From Phallusia mammillata (lineage: Eukaryota): a DNA stretch of 64,000 nt. Positions within the stretch are counted from its first letter, which is position 1; every line of letters begins with the position of its first letter. Of this stretch, positions 1-11,998 are shown piece by piece. The notes below the pieces were generated by a model. The model was given only the letters and a program-made list of their open reading frames with translations. It was not told where the DNA came from and searched no databases. The stretch spans positions 35,402,001 through 35,466,000 of the forward strand of contig OZ281494.1 of the NCBI GenBank assembly GCA_965637545.1. Direction: 5' to 3'. Position numbers and translations under genes: made by a program.

Positions 1-819
1 AAAAACTCTGTTAATCACACACCTCATTTGCCAAGCTTATTTTTACCCTACTACAGTGATTTTCTGAACACCAAAAGGTAGTCAAGAGTTGTGGGAGTAA
101 AAGAACATGTGTGAGTAAAAAACAAAAATTTACGTTCTACCATCGTAACCTTGTTTACCACAACCCCATTCACAGTTACTCAGAAGTTACCAAAAACTGT
201 TTTTACCTAGTTAAGCGCTGGTTGAATGCAACATGTGTTTAATTTCCACAGCCAAACTAACATTACCAAGATTTACAGCCACAGAGTCACTACACAACTC
301 ACCAGCCATACAGGTCATTTGTAACACCCTGTTTGAAGTGACAGTTTTGTTTGTGATTATGTTTAATTTGGAGCAGATTTGTGGTTCACAACACACTTTT
401 ATACAAGTTTTATATGTTGTTAAAACAGGAGAGAAATAGAATAACCTGGTTCTTATACTGTCAGGGCGTTATTTCACACTTTTTAACTACTGCTGAAATG
501 ATGCAGTTGTTTACTTGTGTTTTAAGACAACATGCCATAGGTCATTTACAACTGTGATCGTACTTCAAAATCCTTGTTTGTTTTTGTTTTAGGCAAAAAT
601 GTTGGAGCTACAAAGTAAAACACAACAATAGATTAATCAAAATACCATATTCTAAAAACTGAATAAATTTTAATTAAATTCAAACACTGTTAACAAAATT
701 CAATCATTTGAGGGGGCTAGTAAGGTATGTAATGGGTTCCTCATGCAAAATTTAAAAATCACAAATCGAAAACGCCCAATTAACAGTCATGTACAATTGG
801 ACACCAATCAACTTTTGTT

Positions 820-1180
820 TGAAACTTTGACCGCTAGAGGTCAGCAGCTATCATCCATACTTAAGCCTGTTAATACTCCTATTGCCTTATGACTTTATTA
901 CTACACACAAACTTTGTGTTCGTGCTGCCCTGCGATATAAAAAATTGTATCACTTTTTGGGGGCAAGCAGGATAAATACAGGGGCTATCGAGTCAAATGA
1001 AATGAATGACACATCTACATAACTACATCTACCATCTGTAAAAATTTCATGTAAATCTATGAAACATTCTAATGGCAAAAAATTATAAACAGTCAACAGT
1101 TGTTTTGAGCTAAAAATGATGTCAATCATTTCATGTAGTGAACTTAGGTATGCCAAAAATTGCAATGAAAAAGGAAGTGG
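820..1180 (+). mobile_element. Fragment of Helentron/HINE-like non-autonomous repeat
   Basis: ggggg..gg.taaata..gggg..at..agtcaaa...cacatctacat...catct.t.aaa.tttcat..aaatc is similar to the 3' part of the 41486-43019 element. Boundaries are approximate. Confidence 0.4.
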
Positions 1181-1390
1181 TTACAAAGTAAGGTTGACAA
1201 AACCAAGCACAGAGTAAAAAGGCCCTAAATATTATTTCTACAAATACAATGAAAAAGCGTCATGTGATAAACTGACACATGATCAAATGTCATGTGAAAA
1301 AGTGCCAAGTGATTAAAAGTTGCCAACTGGATAAAAATCGTTGCATTTAAGGCACTTACAGAATAGCACATACACAGAAATACTGTTTAC

Positions 1391-3573
1391 CTTTAGTTTC
1401 CTCAGTAGGGGGTTGTTTTCCTGTAGCATTGTTGTAATCTAAACAAACAAAATTATGAGTTAATTACAATAGATAAGTTAACTAAAACGTTGTATAATAT
1501 ATTTATGTGGGTCATATCAAAGAAGTAAACAAGATTTAAATCCGTTTTCGTTTAGACCAGTGGTTCCCAACCTGGGGTTCGCGGACCCCCAATGGGTCCG
1601 TGAGACAAACTATTTTTAGTACTATTACCCAACAGGACAATATTTTAAGTTTCCAAACCGTTTTTACAATCCTGCATTTGAGTAAAAACTGTTTATCATG
1701 CATTTGAGTCACAAAAACTTACTTTTTTGTGATTGTTACCGTAATCGTGACATCATACCACACACAAACAAAATATTTTATAGTTGTTGTGTCAAGTTTT
1801 GTACACGAGAAAATGAATCTTCTTTTTGAAGGTACTACTACAGTATAGAACTTCATTTTAAGGTTGAATAAAATGCTGGCCACAAAAGTGAAAGTATAAT
1901 AATGTATAATGCAAGCAACAAAAAAACATAGAATGAGGCAAAAGGGTAGTATTTCACATTAAAACGAAATTCCAATGACCCAAACTTGGTACAATATAAA
2001 ATGCATTCACTTTATTCATTTGTATTCTACTACTAAGCAATTTTGCCACTGTGAAGTCACTTATATTGTGGCACAACCTCAAAACTATTTGTAGTGAGCA
2101 TAAAAATGTAAAAATATTTTACTCTTTTGTGGCTGCCATAGTAACTACAATGTTACAAAGTCAAATAAACACATGACATGTTTTTCACCACTTAAGCATC
2201 TTGTAAAGGTTTATACAAATCAGGAATCATTTATGTAAATTGGTATGGATGGGCATTAGATAAGAAAGAGTAATATATAATGTGTAAATTTGGAGGGTTT
2301 TATCTATAACAAAAACAGCTGGCAAGTTTCATGCTATGCTAGCGAAACATTTGGGAGTCATTTACAAGGCTAGCTTTGTAAAATAATGCACACCCGTTAC
2401 ACAAACTGATATAAATTTTATTTACAGCATATGAAATGCCAGCAATTTTTCATGTTTTTTGATGTATTCTATTTGATGGTTTGGATAACTTGTGGGTAGA
2501 GGGTCAAAAAGTTCTATACTTATCACCTGTAAAAATGCGAAAATTGGCGAAACTTATCTTTTAAACTGTGTGGACAAACGCCAGGGAAAAATAGCCAACA
2601 AATGTATAAAGCATATCATGAATAAAATATACCAATAAAATGCAAAAAGGGACATGCTTTTTTATTCAAACGATTCAACACAGCCATTATCAATGATATG
2701 ATGGACCAGATAAATTACACCCATTTACAATTACCTGAGTCACATAAAAAATGATTAATTGGTTCTAAACAAGCGTCATTTAAATAGTGATAGTTTGATG
2801 ATGAACATATCACTAAGGATGGCATAAGCATTTGCTGAAACTTATAATAAAAGCATTTCACTTTTTACATCTGAAAGTACAAGACATGTGCTTACAGTTA
2901 TAAGTCTGATGCACATCTCCTTGAACTCCAACAACAGATTTCTCAACTTTTGCTTCTTTCATATCAATCTCCTGCTTTTTTCTGATGCTTTTGTCTGGGT
3001 ATAATAAAAATAAACAAAGTTAAAAGAAATGGTTGTTGTTCAACATCTAATTCTGTTTAATTGTTTGCCGTTGTTGCTTGCCAAATTTACCCTGTTTTTA
3101 TATCTCACGATTAATTCCTTACCTCCAACAAAATTCCTTACCTTCACCAGCTTGTATAGTAGTTGATGTTTGAGAAGTTGTCGGTGAGACTTCAGTAGAA
3201 ATTGGAACAGGAACATCCTGAGAATGACAATATTCTGGTAATTTTTATTACATTAAACACACTCGACTAATTTGGTAAAACCACAGTTAGTTATACAAGC
3301 CATTCAGCCACTGAATTATATTTCCATTTTTAAAACAAAAAGACATTTTTGTATGCCATTTCATTTCAACGTACTGTACAAGATATCTTTATACATTATG
3401 CCTATTAGTTCAAGTTTGTTTGATTTTACTGGTTCTGGTAAATTATTTTATTATTTTTATTCACTTAAAACCATTTAACAGCATTGGGTGCATTTTAATT
3501 CCCATAAGTAACAAATATGAGAGTCACCACTACAATTATGTACCTGAGGCTGTTTTGTCACTTTTTCTGACAT
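1391..3573 (-). CDS. NLR-like gene, paralogue 1: first four coding exons only (gene continues off the left edge)
   Basis: GT-AG exons 3573-3544 (MSEKVTKQPQ, phase 0), 3217-3142 (DVPVPISTEVSPTTSQTSTTIQAGE), 2994-2896 (DKSIRKKQEIDMKEAKVEKSVVGVQGDVHQTYN), 1438-1391 (YYNNATGKQPPTEETK). They join in frame, and each matches an exon of the complete NLR gene at 45876-44370. That a NACHT exon follows is inferred from the paralogue. Confidence 0.8.
1558..1720 (+). mobile_element. Truncated hAT-type MITE (left end only)
   Basis: Starts cagtggttcccaacc, the same TIR as the 5685 element. It is absent at the equivalent position of the paralogue (~44500). No right TIR found. Confidence 0.45.
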
Positions 3574-4129
3574 TTTCGAAAAAGAAAACCAATTAGTTCT
3601 GTACAAAGCTTAATGGAAGTGGAAAGATGTTGGTTTGGTTGGAAATTGCTTGACACGTAATTTCAGTCAGGTTTAAATATGTTAAAAAGCCTTACAACCT
3701 ATACTCCTGCAAGCAAAATAGTTTCTTACTTCAAAACATTAATTACCCTTGACTTTAACCATAATGTGTGATTTCATTTTTGGGGAAAGTAAGTTAAATA
3801 TCTGATAGAAACATCTATCAAGTTTGTCAAAGTTATCTCACAAAAATTGTTGCATCATGTACATACTAAATATATCCCAATAAAAGCTATGTTTAGTATT
3901 TTACACACACTGTTTACCATATTGTTTACAACATATATACATATGTCACCTAATTACACTGAGTCCTTATCTCTTTTATAATATTATTGTTTCAGCAATA
4001 TTTCAAACTGTCCAAATTTCAAAAACTTTAGACAAAGTTCACAAATGTCACCACCACATTTAGAGCAAACATTAATGGTTCAAAAATCATCAGACTGATG
4101 ATATTCCTTTTAGTGCAATTGGAAAAACT

Positions 4130-4450
4130 ACCGTTCAATTGATGACAGTTAAATGACTCAACTAATGTAATATCTGTTACACTTATGACACTACTAAGGT
4201 ACAGAAACTTTTAGTGTGTGGCATCATAAAAACGATTCTACTCTTTGGAAACTAACAGGATAATTACTGGGGCTATAAAGTCATTTGAAACAAATGACAT
4301 ATCCACTTGGCTGTATCTACCCGCTGCAAATGTTTCATCAAAATCTACAAAATATTTCATGCTGAAAGTGCATGGACAAACATCACCGGAGAAAAATAAA
4401 AAACAAAAAGTAATTGAAATGACACCTTTAATACTTTGACTCCAGTCCGA
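4130..4450 (+). mobile_element. Helentron/HINE-like fragment in the first intron of paralogue 1
   Basis: tttcatcaaaatctacaaaatatttcatgctgaaagtgcatggacaaacatcaccggag matches 42885-42940. A counterpart sits at the equivalent site in paralogue 2 (46230-46405). Confidence 0.45.
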
Positions 4451-5375
4451 GTTCACCTCATGACCCAAATACCAACAAGTTATGCAGGCCACTAAGCATT
4501 CATTATGAACCATAGTTTGTTGACCAGTGATGTTTTTGTTATGCTTTGTGGTATGTGCTTGTTTCACATTGTTAGCACAGAATGAGTAAACAGTTTGACA
4601 TATTGGGCATGTAATCTCACTTAGACTAGTTTTAAGGCTAATTATACTGTGTAATTTAGTATATGTGCATGAATGCCAACATGAAATTGCCTATGAAACC
4701 CGAGGTTGTGCATCTCATACTGAAATTACAGCTTCACACAGGTTTTGGTTATCTGCAAACTGCAGAAATACAATTCAGGCAATAGTCTAATAACACAGAG
4801 GAAAGTAAAGGAAAAAATAGGTAAATAATAAGGTTTATACTTTCATAGTTTATACATGGATTACACACTAGTTAAAATGATAACCTTTTTTCAACACTGT
4901 CTGTATTTTGTCTTATAGATGACAGTTATAAGGTCTGGCAACAAACTTTCTTGGAAAAAAAATGATATCATTTTCACTATGTTAGGTAACTTGCTAATCG
5001 CAAGTTGGAAAAAGTGGTAAACACTGATACAGGTTTAAAAATCAGGTTTCTTAAATACAAACAGCTCAAGCATACTTCATTTACTGTGACAAATATTTAC
5101 ACGGCCTTAGTTCATCAGCCGCAACAAAGTGCTCAGTGACAAACATCATGAACCACAGCATGCCAAACACAATTGTGTAATTAATTGTCAACAATCAGAG
5201 GAACAAAAAACACAAACCACAAGTACATTTAAAACCACAGTGCACTTTAAACAGCATGAAATTGTGTGACATACAAAATGGGAAACAATTTATTTAAATT
5301 TAAAATACAACTTTTTAAAGCAACCTATAGGTATACCTATCACAAAAAACTCCAAGGTATGTTAAGTTTATGTAC

Positions 5376-5684
5376 CTTGCGTAACCATTTTTTATGCCAA
5401 CCAATTACAATTTGGCAACCTGGTATCGTGCAATAACCAAGTAAAGCAAGATGTATGGCAGGCTAAAATACGTTTTTTAATGTATTAAACAATATAAGCA
5501 CCCCTCTTGTAGATGATGGACAAACAGCTACAACAGCTACTCTGATTACGGGGCAAAAAATGCTCTTCTGTTCTGTCGTCGGCTGCCATCAACAAATCGC
5601 CAAAACGGTGTCAACTAAACGTCTGACTCTGTCCTCACCTTCGCGGCAGTATTTCACAAACTATTTTATTGACTGGCCTTAACC
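5376..5684 (-). other. Putative non-coding first exon/promoter block of paralogue 1
   Basis: Conserved donor CAAG|GTACAT at 5376/5375, also at 46984/46983 in paralogue 2. A matching acceptor ttgcag| at 3706 opens the ATG exon. The block is conserved between copies; the transcription start cannot be located. Confidence 0.5.
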
Positions 5685-5850
5685 CAGTGGTTCCCAACCG
5701 GTGGAATGCGTACACCTTTCGGTATTTATTTATTCCGCATTTTTGCACACAAATCGCTTATTATGAAAAACGTTTGTTACTTCATACACCGGACTGTGTA
5801 TCACTTGCTCTGCTGTTGCAAAATCAGGACGCTAGTAGCTTTTTGTGAAG

Positions 5851-6810
5851 CAGTGGTTCTCTAAGTATGGGTCGCAGGGTAAAAAAATGGGCCGGGCGCT
5901 GTGGTGATTCAATTCTGCCCAAACCAACCTTTTTTCATTTCATTTATAAAGTATTTTTAATTTTCCATCATGACTGAAAGTGGTTTTCTAGGAGTTTTGA
6001 TGCCGCCAGCTACAGTATAGCCATAGCCAACTACAGCCTCACTCGACCGCGTTGTATCGTAAAATGAACCAATCATTACAACATACAGAAAATAGCCTTC
6101 CAATTTTACTGTTACGCACATGGCGATTGTAACGTCATAGCACGGGTAATATCAGGACAAGTTAATCAAGGAAACTGGACTTGGAGATGTAACAGTTAGC
6201 GTCCGAGGATGAGTAAGTATTCGTACATGCAGCGATTCGAATTTCATTAAACCTGAACCGCACCCGAACCGCCAATTGCGATTTTCTAAAAACCCGAACC
6301 GAAGTTGAACCCTATATTTTTTGGCGTTGGACCCAAACCGGAACTGAACCAGTAAAAACTCCAGTCTGTTTTATATTTGCTTATTTTTTTTCAAAAACCG
6401 CGTACTAAACAATACACGAGATAACACTTACAGGGCGTGTCAAAAATAACAGTGCACGGGCAAAATTCCTTGGATTTTGATAAAGCCATGCAGATGATGG
6501 GGAGAATTAAGGTAAAACGAATAAAAATTTGAACCGGTTTGAAAACCGCAAACCGGTTCGGACCGGATATTTTGCCAGAACCGGAATAAAACCCAAACCC
6601 GAAAATATACATTCATAAAAACCTGAACCGAACCCGAACCCTTAAAAACAAAACCAAGTGAACCCGAACCGAACCTAAACCCATATGACAAGCGGTTCGA
6701 CTCCCTGCGTACAAGGAGAAAAATAATTTTTTTGTTGAAAAAGGCTTGGGTCCTGAGAAGTTCATAAAACTCAGATTTATGTCGCGAACAAAAAAGTTTG
6801 AGAACCACTG
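5851..6810. mobile_element. hAT MITE nested in 5685-7467
   Basis: TIRs cagtggttctc / gagaaccactg; degenerate TSD ttgtgaag / ttgtaaac (6/8). Confidence 0.7.
6248..6707. mobile_element. Left-truncated GAACCG-rich hAT MITE (family of 16840-17356), third nesting level
   Basis: Collinear with 16900-17356 and ends with the family TIR cggttcgactccctg. Confidence 0.8.
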
Positions 6811-9800
6811 TTGTAAACAAAATGTTTTTTCTTGAATAGCTTCGTCGGAACTAAAACAAAACAATTTTGCGCTCACCATTAAACTAGTTTCCGGGAAATT
6901 AGGTTGCATGTATTGCAAAGAGCTCAATGAATGTATTAAATTATAAATTTTTTTCGTACAAAGTCAAAGCTAAAACATGACTCACAAAATATCGTGACAA
7001 ATGACATTTTTGCCTCTGATGGAAAGCATAAATCGGCTGATGGGAAGCAAGCAGGTACATCGTGCTCAGCTCTTTTTTGCAATACATTTTTATATTCCGT
7101 GTGTAACTAAAGGCCGTAACGGAACGAAATACCGTTAATTTTACTCCGGTATTTCGTTCTAGACTACAAAAAAATAAAAATTAAATAATAAAAATTAAAG
7201 CTACAACAATATATATCATGTGGTTGATTTAAATTAACAAATGTTATTTTAACTACCTGTCAATAATTGTTGTGTTATAACTTTCTTTCTTTCTTGTAAT
7301 AATCGCAAAGTGATGTTCTTTTGTTACACGGAAATACCGAAAAATACCGTTATACACGAAACAGCGAAATAAGAAATTTGCCAGAACGAATAAAGTTATT
7401 TCGTTCCATTCTGATATGGAACACTGCTGAGAGCGGTACGCGACCACAGAAAGGTTGGGAATCACTGCCTTAACCCAATCGACAATCACCCATATCAGGC
7501 CTTCTGTGTTGTAGTCAGGCCTTTTCCAATCGACAAACACCCAAGTCAGGCCTTCTGTTACTGTGTTGTAGTCAGGCCTTCTCTCTTGCAGTTCGCAATA
7601 TAAACATTTTGGACGTGTCAAAAATAGGCTACGGGACGACGGAAATACGGAAATCGAGGTTTAAAAAAGCGCATCTACAATATGCTGGAAAATGGGTCAG
7701 GGGGAAAGTTCACATATTGTTCTTAACTTCTTGGTAGCGCTACTATAATGTAAGAACAAACAACAGACAAGGTTTGATAAATACCGATTGATGGCGTAAA
7801 TAGGACAGTTATTTAAATTAACAAAGAAACTTGAGTGGATCTAGGAATGGAGCTAAAATAACTGTATGGAGCTAAATGGGTGGAGCTAAATAACTGTAGG
7901 GTTAGGAACTAAGTAAATGAATTGGAATTATTGCGAGTTTCATTGCAAAACTTCACCCAAACCTGTAATAGCCTTAACCGTAAGAATTCTTCACTCGGTT
8001 TTGCTTTTAAATATTCACATCCAGCAATATTAAGCAAAGTTCTCTGTGGTGAGTTCTTACGTTAGTAAAACTACTGCGGCTATGAATAAACGTATATTCA
8101 ACATGACTAAGCGTTACAGGATTGGTTGAAAGTTCACAGACAGTTTATATAGCGTCAGACGGAAGTCTGGAAAAGCATTAGTTGAACTTGACTAAAAGAC
8201 GACAACTGGTGAAAGTTTACAGGCACTTCTTCGTGAGAAAATGTAGTGAGCAGTCATGTTTCTAAGCGTGTTTTTCAATTTTTTTTACAACATTTTTTTG
8301 CGATCATTTGTTAATGGTTTGGAAAGTGTTGTGTACAAACATTTCAGTGTCTTTTCGCGAGGTATTTGGGTTAAAATTGGCGCTTTCGGTCAATTGCGCG
8401 CCATTGTGCGCTGGCGATCTGGGCGGCGGCAATATGCGCATGTTATGAATTTTAGGTAAATATTCGGAGCAGCTTCTCCATGCGCAGAATAACGTCAAGG
8501 ATTTTTAGAACGGCATGCTTTGCACAATCTGAATATGGCATTGGTAAGTTAAACTTTTATTAAAATGTTATTTAGTGCAAAAACACTGTTTTAACTTATT
8601 TTTTTGTATTATGGAAACGTGAATGTCTCACAGTTAATTTTGTGTGTTTTATCGCTCTTAACTTGCGATATTTACGAATTAGCGGTGGTCGTTTTTCCAA
8701 GGAGTAAAATTATTCCCGTGCTAGATCAAAATATATGTTATGTTTTTATTTGTGCACCTGGTGTACTAGTGTGCGCTGTTCCCGTTCGTCAAAACCATCC
8801 ATCCTATATTTGAATAAATATTTGCAACACTTGACAACGAACCCAAGTTTCGGCGTTGTTAGGCAACTGATAAGTTCTTGCTGCAAGGTTTGCTAAAGTT
8901 TCATTGCCAAATCAAGTTTATAAATAAAAAGTCCTGAAACTACTTAAGCTGTCAATTCTTACTCTGGATTTTTAACAACAGCACAAAAAAACAATGTGTA
9001 ACGGACAGTAACACTCCCCTACAACAAAAACCTTTCCCGCCGTTGCAAACATCCAACCATACATGCATTGTTACGTCACAACTGCTAAACTTGTATGTGT
9101 CCTACTTTAACAGTTTCCTTTGTTTCTACACGTGCAGTCCAGTTGGTGTTACAGTGGAAGTTAGTTTTGAGCGTATTAAGTTGTGTTATGGTGCATACTT
9201 TTATGTGCTGCAAGTAAGATTGTTTGGACTGTTTTGTAGTTATAACGTTATGGCGTTCTTTATTCTATTTGGTTTAGGTGGTCGAAAATCGTTTTAAATC
9301 ACTCTTCATTACAATAAAGTGCATGTGAAACTGACCGCTCTTATTCTACCAGTCAAGAGACTGAAAGGTAGAATTGGCAACTATGCTTGAATTCTACACA
9401 ATCCTTTCAATTTAAGCTGATCAGTTGTTTTACTTGTATGTAGTCTCACAGGAAAATAATTTTTAAACCTACTCTAGATTAGGCTACTATCGGGCGTTAA
9501 AATTCCGGACATTAAAAGTGTATTTGAATATTTTTCCCGGTTTAAATTTTGAATGCAAAAAAACACAGATACATAAAAAAAATATCTCCAACTTAAAATG
9601 AACTGTTTGTGTCCTAAGTCTGTTTGAAACAAACCTTTAAAAAAACAGTAAACTGATTTACATACAGCTAGACATCATGGGTCATGTGACCTTTGGCTGA
9701 ACTTTAAAACATTGCCCACCCACAAATGTATTACAGTCGGAACAGTTGCTTAGTGGATTATGGTTTGCTTCAAAATGCCAACGCATATTTGCGTTTTTGC

Positions 9801-11904
9801 AACAAGTATTTTTATGACATTCCATCTGCTGGAGCAACAAAATCCTACGTGACAAACAATATGAATCACAGCAGGTCAAAAACAATTTTGTAGTTACATT
9901 GTAAACTAAACAACTCAACTGATTAAAAATATCTTGCAACGACCCAAACAATTCAGCTTAACTGACACGAAAACGCCCCACACTTACATCACATACAAAA
10001 TCTCACATAAATATGTTTCGTTCGGTTGAGCGCACAAGAAGTTACTCACCTGACACGAGAGTTTTTGTCTGAGACTGCGGTAACACACACGTCACTGACA
10101 GTTGTATCCCTCATAAAACTGTGCGTAACTGCCTAAGCAGTTGCATGATCTACAGAGGTTACTTTACTGAAACATATGGAAAGTTGCTTTATAACCAATT
10201 TACATGAAATGCAAACGAAAATATGTGTGTTTTCGTGCCCAAGTCTAAAGCAATCTGATAAAATACGATTCGTTTAAATGCTCCAAAAAATCTCATCTAA
10301 GATATTTCGTTTTAAATGACCAATATCAAATATGAGAAGGTTGACAAACAACGACCAAGCAAAGCTACAAGCTTGTGTTCTTGTATTGTGCTGCATGCTG
10401 CGCTGAGACATCAGGAAAAAAGCGATACATTTTGTGCGAATTTGGTTTTACCCTTATGTCAAGAGGTTTTTCTGCGTCCTTAGCACTGGGTGTTTGTGAC
10501 TTTACCGTACACCTGTGAAAGTATCAAATATTTATTTAATGTTTTATTAGGACTTAACAAATGGTGTGCATAGTTAAATAACTTGCATGTGCTGCTAAAC
10601 CTGTGCTATGCTGGAAATAGCTGAATCCTGTCACATCTCTACATAGTTTCGAAGCGCCCACACAACTTTTTTAGCGGGTTAGCAGTTAATCTTCTCGTTT
10701 TCTTTTTTACAATCCTTATGACTGATATGCTCACAGTTTAAGCACACACTTTAGGAAATGTACAGAACATAAAATTGTTCAGCTCAGTCTGTTAATTCGA
10801 CTACTTCTAAAAAAACTCTTCGTTTTTGCTGTAACAAATGCATTGGACTCGTGCCTTTTAATTTACCTAATAACACAGCACTTAACAGTGTATCTAAGTT
10901 TACTGGTTTAAAAAACAATCTACTATCAGGTCCAAAATCAAACCCAGCGTCTCACACAGACTTACTGGTGTAGCCGCTGCTGCCTCGATGACGACTTGTG
11001 AATGGCGGCTACAATGTAAACTATGATGTTCATTGGAAATTATTTGGAGAGTCTGATCTTTGCATCTCAATAACAGCTGACTGATTAACAGCCACACATA
11101 TGTCTCTTCTTTCTTTGTATTCTTGAATAACATTAAAGGCGAACGTCCAAATCAGCTACACTTCCACATGGGATAAAAATAGAAGCCAAAAATAGAAGCT
11201 TTCCCGGTGGAAATAGAAGCCACCAATAGCCTCAAATAGAATGACAAATAGAAGGCCGAAAATAGCCCCCCGCAAACATCAAAGTCCACGCTTATATAAC
11301 AATGCGAAACATAAGCCGGTGTACGAATTCTTTTTCTCATATTACTTATATTATTTATTTTAAGGTAGCCATGTAATTTATAGTGCCATAGCGCCTTTTG
11401 GTGAACACCATATGCTTTTTCACAGGGTGGAAACGACGCGTTCTAATACGAATCACAACTGCGGAAACATTGCAAATACCGACGGAAATATGTGTCATAA
11501 GGGAATAAACACTATGTTTACTGTTAGATCTTTCTGGAACCCGAAAAATGGCTGAAAATAACTTATGACTACCATAGAAACGGAAATATAAACATTAGTC
11601 TATGCAGAAATGAGGGTAAACATTTCCATTTCGTGGTGTGAAACGTTATTGCGAAATAACATGCAATCGTTTTCATAAACATTGCACAATAGTGTTGTAA
11701 CCGCTACACTGGTAAGTGCCTTACATAAGCTGAAAAAGTTTCAACATCGACGATGGTCTGCTTTTTTCGCCCCGCGTCGCCTGACTTCTCCACAAGTAAC
11801 ACCTAGCAAGTCACAAGTCTCGTTGGATTGCGCACAAAATTGATGATTACTGATTAACCTTGTGGCTTTTACACATGATAAACCCGCAACAAAATTTTGT
11901 TCAC

Positions 11905-11998
11905 GGGTTCCAACTCAGCGGGCTCCCTGGAACGAATCCCGATCAAGGCTTTTTATGTCTGTTTTGGTCAGCCGCATCGGACCATTCAGCCAAGTTCC
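11905..11998 (-). mobile_element. tRNA-derived (SINE-head-like) element with Pol III A/B boxes, diverged copy
   Basis: Minus strand ggaactTGGCTGAATGGtccgatgcggctgacc...ttgatcgggattcgttccagggagcccgctGAGTTGGAACCC, homologous to 36269-36371. Confidence 0.6.

Larger units (their letters stand above)
5685..7467. mobile_element. hAT non-autonomous element with nested insertions
   Basis: TIRs cagtggttcccaacc / ggttgggaatcactg; perfect 8-bp TSD ccttaacc (5677-5684 and 7468-7475). Confidence 0.9.
1..8530. repeat. Segmental duplicate (copy 1) of the NLR 5' region and upstream DNA; copy 2 is ~43340-50084
   Basis: Collinear blocks: 1-170 ~ 43345-43500; 1380-3750 ~ 44350-46050; 3960-5684 ~ 46070-47286; 7310-7630 ~ 47715-47965; 8370-8529 ~ 49945-50084. 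Confidence 0.9.

Noticed and set aside
3706-3720. SL trans-splice acceptor for the ATG exon
   Set aside because: A conserved upstream cis donor (5376/46984) explains the acceptor more simply; sequence alone cannot show trans-splicing.
7476-7590. ~50-bp local duplication, and ggagctaaa repeats at 7850-7900
   Set aside because: Ordinary slippage products with no further structure.
8370-8550. Plus-strand first exon of a separate gene (donor G|GTAAGT at ~8544)
   Set aside because: No downstream coding exons were found, and the sister block is cut by the LTR element just before this donor.
8800-8820. Ciona-type spliced-leader gene (cctatatttgaataaa)
   Set aside because: Only a partial match to ATTCTATTTGAATAAG, with no following GT donor or Sm-like site.
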